A stretch of DNA of 24,187 nucleotides from a virus. Its lineage: Duplodnaviria > Caudoviricetes. The stretch is taken from positions 1 through 24,187 of the IMG/VR virus record IMGVR_UViG_3300025018_001399; one strand, 5' to 3'. Positions 18,302 through 24,187 of this stretch are shown in pieces (position 1 is the first letter of the stretch; the number at the start of each line of letters is the position of its first letter). Below the pieces are notes generated by a model, which did no database searches, was not told the origin of the DNA, and was given only the letters and a program-made list of their open reading frames with translations. The position numbers were made by a program, and so were the translations under genes.

Positions 18302-18547
18302 TTAATGAGCTACATTAAGTTCAGACCTCAGCTTAAGTATTGGTCTACCCTCTTTATCCTCGCCTACCATTATCTTTTCCATTCCTATAAACTGTGCGTG
18401 TTGTACTTCACATGATGTACAAACAAGATAAATTCCTCGTTGTTTATATCTACAATCTCCTGTTGCACTCCATTCAAACTCCTTTTGCAACACTTCGCCA
18501 TATTCTTCTACTTCATCCTTATTCTCTTTCGGCTTTGGTTCTTTCAT
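18302..18547 (-). CDS. Small putative zinc-ribbon protein
   Basis: 81 aa with C...LVCTSCEVQH; overlaps the upstream gene. Confidence 0.6.
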   Translation of the reverse strand: MKEPKPKENKDEVEEYGEVLQKEFEWSATGDCRYKQRGIYLVCTSCEVQHAQFIGMEKIMVGEDKEGRPILKLRSELNVAH

Positions 18548-18884
18548 TTTTAATTATGTCTTCAACTACTAAAGCCGAGTCCTCTACCTTATTAATAATA
18601 GAATCCAAAAGCTCTTTCCCTAGTACTGAGAATGTTGCATCTCTTTTTATCTGGTCATCGGATAGTCCACCTAGTACTGCTTCTGATAATCTTTTATCAA
18701 GTCCTATCTTCATATTGTCAATGTGCGCTCTTAAGACTTCCCATCCTGGCATTCCAGCTAATGCAAATATCTTTTGATCCTCAGGATCTACACCTGATTT
18801 TTCAGCGTCATCTAAATCTTTACGCTTCCAAATCTCTCTAATATCGTCATAAGCCTGTGGCTTAAGTGAACCTTTGCTTGCCAT
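18519..18884 (-). CDS. Hypothetical protein downstream of portal
   Basis: 121 aa. The PGWEVL motif and helical character resemble small portal-adjacent proteins of podoviruses. Confidence 0.65.
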   Translation of the reverse strand: MASKGSLKPQAYDDIREIWKRKDLDDAEKSGVDPEDQKIFALAGMPGWEVLRAHIDNMKIGLDKRLSEAVLGGLSDDQIKRDATFSVLGKELLDSIINKVEDSALVVEDIIKNERTKAERE

Positions 18885-18902
18885 AAAATCCTATATAAAC
18901 TA

Positions 18903-20822
18903 TTAACCTTGTCTCATCCCTTGAATCATCTGTTGTAATTGCTGTTTGCTTTGTTCTACTACCGCTTGGTCATCCTGTGGTTGTCCTTCAACAGACATTA
19001 GTTGTCCTTGTTCAGGTGGCATTTGTTGTGGAGGTTGTCCGCCTTGGTCAGGTGGAATTTGTGAGATATCCCCTCCATCTTGTCTCATCTGTCCTACCAT
19101 CTGTTCAAACTGATCTTGAAACTGTTGTACTATCTCGTTGTCTTGTTGAGCGCCTGGTGTATCCATGTCTTGAGACTCGACTATCTCATCCCAGTTTGCA
19201 ATATTCTTTGATACAAGTCCTTCCATTAGTTTTGTAAAGTTGATAGTCGTTCCCTCTTGCTTTAATCTTTCTTCAAGATATGGACCTGTCTGTGGATTTA
19301 GAAGTGGAGCTGCAAACGCTTGTAAGTTATCCATCTGCTTCTGTTCATCTACTGCAAAGCTAGATCCCGATACCAACTCGTAGTCATACATAACCGATCC
19401 AGTCTTGCCCTTGCTGCCTTTTTTAATCTTTAACTTTCCTGTTTTATCGTCATACATCTCTGCAATATCAGGGTATTGATTTATGAGTTTTTTTATCTCA
19501 GGCTCAAACATTCGTATTTCAATAGTTGAGGACTGCTTATTATTAAGCATGTTAATGAATTTCTTATTTACCTGTGTGATATATAGATCAACATAGAACT
19601 TATCCCATGCATCTCTTGAGTTCTCCCGTGCTGCTTGCTGTCTCAATGCCTCAGGAGTCTTACCGAATGTACTATCAATTTCTGCGGATACTGTTGTGTC
19701 TGTTGTACCGAATAAGTTTTGTAGTGAGGCATTGGCAAGATTGTATATAGCTTGATGTGTCTGCATACCTGTGGGGTTCATCTCGAGTGTCTTTGCTACG
19801 TTGTTTATATTGCCCCTAGTTAGCCAGTTAGCTCCAGGTTGTCTCTTAATCGTAGACTTAACTATTGCTTCCTGATTAATTACAGCTATAGGGAATAATG
19901 AATACTTAGCACTATCAAGTGCCATGTTCCATGAGCTATTTACTGCAAGCTGCATTGACTTACCACGCTCAGCATCTCCCATAGCCATAAAGTCATCCAT
20001 TAAAGGAATACTGTATTTGTTTACGATAGGCAACTCCCCATCGTCGTTAGGATTCTTACTATCTTTTAGTATTTCATAATCACACTCAGGTACTACATAA
20101 GTCCATCTATCACGCTCATACGACATGAGTATCTCATGGTAGCCGCTATTCTTATTTGCTTGCTGATCTGGGTACTCTGATATTTCACGTGTAGTCTTTT
20201 GGTCATCATCCCGATCTTGTTTATTACCTGATGTCTTTTTTAGTTTGTTGTAGATGGTTTCAATATTGGAGAAACCGTTTTGTTTCTTTAAGTTCTCAAA
20301 AAATGATATAGGTCTGTATGTTCTAACTATAATTCTATCTGAATCATCAAGTGAGACTGCACCAATTTGTGGAAATACATTACGTATTGATAGTAACCAT
20401 AGATCAGGGCCGATATATCCATTAGGTTTCACATCCCAGTCTACTAATGCAAATGAGTTTCCGTAAATCTTTGAATATCTGTGCATCATCCGATGTTTAA
20501 CAAGAAGGGGGAACTGTGCATTGGCATTAGGGATAATGTATTTATCCAGCATAAGGTTCTTAAGGGTTGCATCTCCCATGTCGTTGGTGCTTATTGGTTT
20601 AATCTTTCCGACTCCAATCTGTGCCATAACACGTGCCTCACTCTCTAGTATCATCGTGCTTATCTTATGGTCAAATACTCTTGACCTGCTGTTATTTGAA
20701 ATGCTATCGCCTAGCTTACCGAAGAATATATCCTCTAATGAATCCCAGAGAGGACGTTTGTTTACAAGGTAATCATTGGATCTTGAATGAAAATCTCGGA
20801 TCTCTTGTGATGTTGAGTTCAT
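18903..20822 (-). CDS. Portal protein (P22-like)
   Basis: 639 aa after terminase. SKIYGNS, LPIV...PLMDDFMAMGDAE, KTPEALRQ and YDYELVSGSS segments; Gln/Pro-rich C-terminus. Confidence 0.85.
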   Translation of the reverse strand: MNSTSQEIRDFHSRSNDYLVNKRPLWDSLEDIFFGKLGDSISNNSRSRVFDHKISTMILESEARVMAQIGVGKIKPISTNDMGDATLKNLMLDKYIIPNANAQFPLLVKHRMMHRYSKIYGNSFALVDWDVKPNGYIGPDLWLLSIRNVFPQIGAVSLDDSDRIIVRTYRPISFFENLKKQNGFSNIETIYNKLKKTSGNKQDRDDDQKTTREISEYPDQQANKNSGYHEILMSYERDRWTYVVPECDYEILKDSKNPNDDGELPIVNKYSIPLMDDFMAMGDAERGKSMQLAVNSSWNMALDSAKYSLFPIAVINQEAIVKSTIKRQPGANWLTRGNINNVAKTLEMNPTGMQTHQAIYNLANASLQNLFGTTDTTVSAEIDSTFGKTPEALRQQAARENSRDAWDKFYVDLYITQVNKKFINMLNNKQSSTIEIRMFEPEIKKLINQYPDIAEMYDDKTGKLKIKKGSKGKTGSVMYDYELVSGSSFAVDEQKQMDNLQAFAAPLLNPQTGPYLEERLKQEGTTINFTKLMEGLVSKNIANWDEIVESQDMDTPGAQQDNEIVQQFQDQFEQMVGQMRQDGGDISQIPPDQGGQPPQQMPPEQGQLMSVEGQPQDDQAVVEQSKQQLQQMIQGMRQG

Positions 20823-20830
20823 AATTTTGC

Positions 20831-20858
20831 AAAAAAAATGCCCGACTAATTGTCGAGC
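20831..20858 (-). terminator. Intrinsic terminator immediately upstream of the portal start
   Basis: GCTCGAC-AATTA-GTCGGGC 7-bp stem followed by A and T8, ending 8 nt before the portal ATG. Confidence 0.7.
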
Positions 20859-20896
20859 TGTCGCACTTACTCTGTGCGTATCACTAACTATATAAA

Positions 20897-20924
20897 AGTG
20901 TATCAGTTATTTATTCCTTGTCAA
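20897..20924 (-). promoter_or_regulatory. Sigma70-type promoter with extended -10
   Basis: TTGACA (20924-20919), 16-nt spacer ending TGA, then TACACT (20902-20897). Confidence 0.65.
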
Positions 20925-21192
20925 GCCATTTATTCATTGCCACCTTACTCATAAAGTGTTTACCCTCTAGCTTTTCATTATCACAAAGCTCTGTTTCTGC
21001 TTTAAATATATACTTAATTCTATTGTGAAGTATCCACGGTCTTACCTTTGCAAGCTCATTCATTGGATCATTAGTGTCATATCTGTATAATACGCCACCT
21101 TTTATCTCCACGTAGCCGGGGAAGATAGTTACCCCATCGTTAATGATGATCTTAGTGTAATCGCAAACTACCTGTGAATTTTTATTTACCAT
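20911..21192 (-). CDS. Hypothetical protein
   Basis: 93 aa ORF overlapping the upstream small gene. Confidence 0.6.
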   Translation of the reverse strand: MVNKNSQVVCDYTKIIINDGVTIFPGYVEIKGGVLYRYDTNDPMNELAKVRPWILHNRIKYIFKAETELCDNEKLEGKHFMSKVAMNKWLDKE

Positions 21193-21358
21193 TTTGGTAC
21201 TTAATTCTTTTTGACTTTGTTACTTTTAACGTCTTAATATTCGGTTCACCATCTGCATCTATAAATATTGTATATGATATTGTTCCAAATTGCATTACTT
21301 GTACATCTTTTTCAATAATAGCGTGCAATATTGTACTATTTTTGCTTAGGTTTTTCAT
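21182..21358 (-). CDS. Hypothetical 58-aa protein (below the ORF-track cutoff)
   Basis: Manual translation MKNLSKNSTILHAIIEKDVQVMQFGTISYTIFIDADGEPNIKTLKVTKSKRIKYQNGK; fills the gap and overlaps both neighbours. Confidence 0.65.
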   Translation of the reverse strand: MKNLSKNSTILHAIIEKDVQVMQFGTISYTIFIDADGEPNIKTLKVTKSKRIKYQNGK

Positions 21359-21512
21359 AAGTTATAAAATCTCTTACTACAAAGTCAATAATGCGTCCTA
21401 GGCTGCATCTAACCTCAAAGTGATAATAGTCATTTACTCGTTTCAATAGCTCACGTTCTATATCAACGTGCGGTTGTATATTCTCTGGTTTAATAGCGTA
21501 ATCTTCTTTCAT
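21336..21512 (-). CDS. Hypothetical protein
   Basis: ORF track gives 21336..21545; ATG 21512 (MKEDYAIK), 2 nt after the upstream stop, is the more likely start. Confidence 0.55.
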   Translation of the reverse strand: MKEDYAIKPENIQPHVDIERELLKRVNDYYHFEVRCSLGRIIDFVVRDFITYEKPKQK

Positions 21513-21514
21513 AG

Positions 21515-21742
21515 TTATGAATAATATTTTTTTAAACAATAACAATGTATATGAACCAGCCTTGCACCTTTACCTTTTATATAATTTTGTACCTCACCTA
21601 GTCTAACCATCCAGTCTTGTTGGTCTTCATTTTTTTGATTCTTATAATCATAATATATAGGATTATGACAGTAAACACATTTTGCAGCATAATTTTCAAT
21701 AAGCCCTTGTTTTTCTGATGTTCTTTTATAAACTCCTCGCAT
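21515..21742 (-). CDS. Small putative Zn-binding protein
   Basis: 75 aa with CVYC and HIHC motifs. Confidence 0.6.
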   Translation of the reverse strand: MRGVYKRTSEKQGLIENYAAKCVYCHNPIYYDYKNQKNEDQQDWMVRLGEVQNYIKGKGARLVHIHCYCLKKYYS

Positions 21743-21753
21743 AATATATTTTA

Positions 21754-22407
21754 CTAAATATATAACCCCGTCTTTTCATCAAATAACTCATCTACTGGCA
21801 TATCTGACATAGCTTCACTATCTGTTTGTGGTGCATCACACATCTGATAGAGCTGCCATGCACCTGCCCCACTCATAACTAAATCATCGTGCATACCCTT
21901 TTCTGCTTGCGCTTTAGTAGAAGTGTTTGACTGAACTCTAATAAAAGAAAACATCTCGGTTATTGTCGGTCGATCATATATTTGCAAGCTGTTTGCATCT
22001 ACAGCATTCTTAAAGTCTACTAACATCTTAGGTCTTGTTGCTGTGTTAGTATCCCATCCCAACTTCTCAGTGTTCTCCATGTCTCCTGGTCTTGGCATAC
22101 GAAATAACTCATACTTATAGTTTATGTTTAATCCTGCAAACCTATCCATCAAGAATACTCCACCGTTATTACGTTCAAGTGCAAATACTGGCTTCACTCT
22201 TGTTATATCAAATATCTTTTCAAGTGTTCTATGAATAGTTGGTACTGCTTCGCTTGTCGTCATTGGGTCATGGAATACAAGAGGGATATCAATATTAGTC
22301 TTTGATAGAAATTGTATAGCGGTATAATCCCCTAGTCCTGTTGCAGTATCACCAAATACAACAAAGAACTCTCCTTTTTTTATTTCTCGGTATTGCCTAT
22401 ATGCCAT
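21754..22407 (-). CDS. terL: Terminase large subunit, nuclease (RNase H-like) domain as a separate gene
   Basis: VVFGDTATGLGDYT, ALERNNGG, KLGWDTNTATRP and HDDLVMS motifs. Confidence 0.85.
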   Translation of the reverse strand: MAYRQYREIKKGEFFVVFGDTATGLGDYTAIQFLSKTNIDIPLVFHDPMTTSEAVPTIHRTLEKIFDITRVKPVFALERNNGGVFLMDRFAGLNINYKYELFRMPRPGDMENTEKLGWDTNTATRPKMLVDFKNAVDANSLQIYDRPTITEMFSFIRVQSNTSTKAQAEKGMHDDLVMSGAGAWQLYQMCDAPQTDSEAMSDMPVDELFDEKTGLYI

Positions 22408-23209
22408 ATATGTAATTCTCTGTTAATGGTTCTTTAACTACGTTTAAGTAACGTTGTAGTGCTTCTCTATCAAAGTATTGTTGACCCGATGTTATAAACG
22501 CCTCCTCAGGTGTCTCTGGGTATTCTTGTTTATAAAGCTCTCTATTGGATTGCATCTTCTTCTCAAGGTACTTCTTATCATAGAATAATGATGCTGCAAA
22601 AAATAGTGGATTAAATCCAGTATTACCTAGTACCGACTCATCCCAAAACTCTTTAAACTCATTGAACCCATTAGCAGTCGTTTCTATAATTGTTCTTCCA
22701 TCAGGTCTTACTGCGTTATCAGCTCCTGCTAGTATCTTCTTTAATGATTTGTAAAATGCTGCTTCTGATAAGTGTAAGTTCTTAATAGTCTTTGATCTAC
22801 CAAACTCTGTGTTCTCGGCTGTTCCTATCTGATACTTAGAGTTTATAACCTCATTGGCAAGCTCATACTTTGAATTATATTTAAGAGGTATCTTCATACC
22901 TGTCTGTCTCTCATAGCTTTCAAGATAGTATTTAACCCTATCAAGAAGTCCTATTGCATTATCTGAATTATCAGCAACTACTACTGTATGTGAATTGTGA
23001 TCAAGAAGAAAATCACCCATAAATATTCCACCTATAAGAGATGAGAACCCCTGCTGTCTTGCTTTTAATATAATATCTTTTCCAGTGGCTTTTTCAATAA
23101 ATAGCTTTTGTGAAGAATTGAGAATAAAGGGAACATCTTTCCCTTGTTTATCAATAATTTCTAGTCGTGCCTCTATGAACTTCTCGTATTTTTTAAATGT
23201 TAAACTCAT
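22397..23209 (-). CDS. terL: Terminase large subunit, ATPase domain as a separate gene
   Basis: Walker A ILKARQQGFSS, Walker B LHLSEAAF, motif III IIETTANG, and QEYPETPEEAFITSG. Confidence 0.9.
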   Translation of the reverse strand: MSLTFKKYEKFIEARLEIIDKQGKDVPFILNSSQKLFIEKATGKDIILKARQQGFSSLIGGIFMGDFLLDHNSHTVVVADNSDNAIGLLDRVKYYLESYERQTGMKIPLKYNSKYELANEVINSKYQIGTAENTEFGRSKTIKNLHLSEAAFYKSLKKILAGADNAVRPDGRTIIETTANGFNEFKEFWDESVLGNTGFNPLFFAASLFYDKKYLEKKMQSNRELYKQEYPETPEEAFITSGQQYFDREALQRYLNVVKEPLTENYIYGI

Positions 23210-23603
23210 TTTTTTCTTTATTCAGAAAGTTGTTAATCTGTACGGGAATAGTAGTGCCTTTATCTTCTCTTGTATTTCCAGCACGTTGTGCTAAATACTT
23301 AAAATGTTCCGCACTTCCACGCCTTGCAAACTTAAGCCCTATTGCGTCAACTGTTGGTTTCCAACGTCTTGTGCGCTTGTCATATTCAGCCCAGTACCAA
23401 TCTTCAAAGCCATCCTGTTTGAGCCACTTATACCAAGCTTGCTCTGTTACTTTACTTTCTCTTGCGATCTCATCTATAACATCTGAATGTGTTCTTACTT
23501 GTGTGTCAAGCCATACAAGCATATGGGGAGTAGGTTGAAACTCTTTTGATTCGGTTAACTCCGTTGACTCCTTTTGATCTAGTTTGATACCTTTTGATTT
23601 CAT
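23193..23603 (-). CDS. terS: Terminase small subunit (HTH)
   Basis: 136 aa directly upstream of and overlapping terL; HTH-like EIARESKVTEQAWYKWLKQDGF. Confidence 0.7.
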   Translation of the reverse strand: MKSKGIKLDQKESTELTESKEFQPTPHMLVWLDTQVRTHSDVIDEIARESKVTEQAWYKWLKQDGFEDWYWAEYDKRTRRWKPTVDAIGLKFARRGSAEHFKYLAQRAGNTREDKGTTIPVQINNFLNKEKNEFNI

Positions 23604-23785
23604 TATTTACTTATTTCAATTGTAAATTCTTCATCGAAATATTCTTCAACAAGTTGTGAGAACTCACTTGTTTTGTTTAGATATAAATCGAATGATACTG
23701 TTGCAAGTTGGGAATTATTTAGAGATGCTTTTATCTTGTCTGTTGTAGTCTTTGAAAGTATTGCCTTGAATTTAAGATCAGACAT
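23603..23785 (-). CDS. Hypothetical protein, first gene of the packaging operon
   Basis: 60 aa; its stop codon overlaps the terS start codon by 1 nt (TAATG). Confidence 0.6.
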   Translation of the reverse strand: MSDLKFKAILSKTTTDKIKASLNNSQLATVSFDLYLNKTSEFSQLVEEYFDEEFTIEISK

Positions 23786-23793
23786 AACACTTC

Positions 23794-23822
23794 ATAATAA
23801 TGCAAACTATATCATTTGTCAA
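23794..23822 (-). promoter_or_regulatory. Leftward sigma70-type promoter
   Basis: TTGACA (23822-23817), 17 nt, TATTAT (23799-23794). Confidence 0.6.
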
Positions 23823-23829
23823 TTTGCAT

Positions 23830-23857
23830 TTGACATTCTTAAAATAAAGCATATATT
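23830..23857 (+). promoter_or_regulatory. Rightward sigma70-type promoter
   Basis: TTGACA (23830-23835), 16 nt, TATATT (23852-23857). Confidence 0.6.
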
Positions 23858-23894
23858 TAATGGATAAAGGGTGACGATGTGTGGAGATATCATG

Positions 23895-23910
23895 TTGCCG
23901 ATGTCGGCAA
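23895..23910. promoter_or_regulatory. Palindrome, candidate operator
   Basis: TTGCCGA-TG-TCGGCAA, a perfect 7-bp inverted repeat in the divergent intergenic region. Confidence 0.5.
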
Positions 23911-23955
23911 AATGGTAGTAAGAATGAATGAATATCGAATGATTTATATTTTTTT

Positions 23956-24129
23956 ATGGATGACATAAATAGAATTATACCCAAGACCGAGATAAAACCG
24001 AAATATATTCCCGTCAAATGTGTAGTCTGCAATGGTCATGGAACTGTTACTTACCAACGAATCAAATGTCATGGATGTAGTGGCAAGGGGTATATATTAG
24101 TAGAAGGGACGGAGGTACAGAATGGATAA
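23956..24129 (+). CDS. 57-aa DnaJ-type zinc-finger microprotein
   Basis: Manual translation MDDINRIIPKTEIKPKYIPVKCVVCNGHGTVTYQRIKCHGCSGKGYILVEGTEVQNG contains two CxxCxGxG motifs. Confidence 0.8.
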   Translation: MDDINRIIPKTEIKPKYIPVKCVVCNGHGTVTYQRIKCHGCSGKGYILVEGTEVQNG

Positions 24130-24187
24130 AAAAACACCACAAGTTGAGGATGGTTATACAAGAATAGCAAATGGAATAATAGAAGAT
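24122..24187 (+). CDS. Lambda O-like replication initiator, N-terminal fragment (runs off the right edge)
   Basis: MDKKTPQVEDGYTRIANGIIED matches the PQ.EDGYTRIAN start of the Phage_rep_O family, with GGAGGT 5 nt upstream. Only 22 codons are visible. Confidence 0.7.
   Translation, partial: MDKKTPQVEDGYTRIANGIIED

Noticed and set aside
22397-22407. Stop-codon recoding (TAG read-through) to explain the split terminase
   Set aside because: The two halves are in different frames, and other genes are intact and end sensibly under the standard code.
23778-24032. Minus-strand 84-aa ORF
   Set aside because: It spans the divergent promoters and palindrome and overlaps the better-supported plus-strand zinc-finger gene.

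Overview
AT-rich tailed-phage (or prophage) DNA covering a podovirus-like packaging and virion module, nearly all on the minus strand. In transcription order it encodes: small terminase; a large terminase split into separate ATPase and nuclease genes; four small ORFs; portal; scaffold; an N4-gp56-like major capsid protein; a 9-gene sugar-synthesis and glycosylation cassette; two probable ejection proteins (one a 1663-aa multi-domain protein with ART-like, LPD38-like and HNH segments); an adaptor; a gp10/tail-tubular-B-like protein; and a tail fibre running off the left edge. The cassette holds an NAD-dependent epimerase/reductase, a split miniature transketolase, an FkbM methyltransferase, a hexapeptide acetyltransferase and three glycosyltransferase-like genes. 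A divergent plus-strand unit starts at the right edge (DnaJ-type zinc-finger microprotein and the N-terminus of a lambda-O-like replication protein). The most notable observations are the glycan cassette embedded in the morphogenesis operon (candidate virion glycosylation with a branched, methylated, acetylated sugar), the split terminase, repeated promoter-leader-terminator units ahead of structural genes, and the enzyme-loaded ejection protein. All product calls come from motif recognition by eye; no searches were run.
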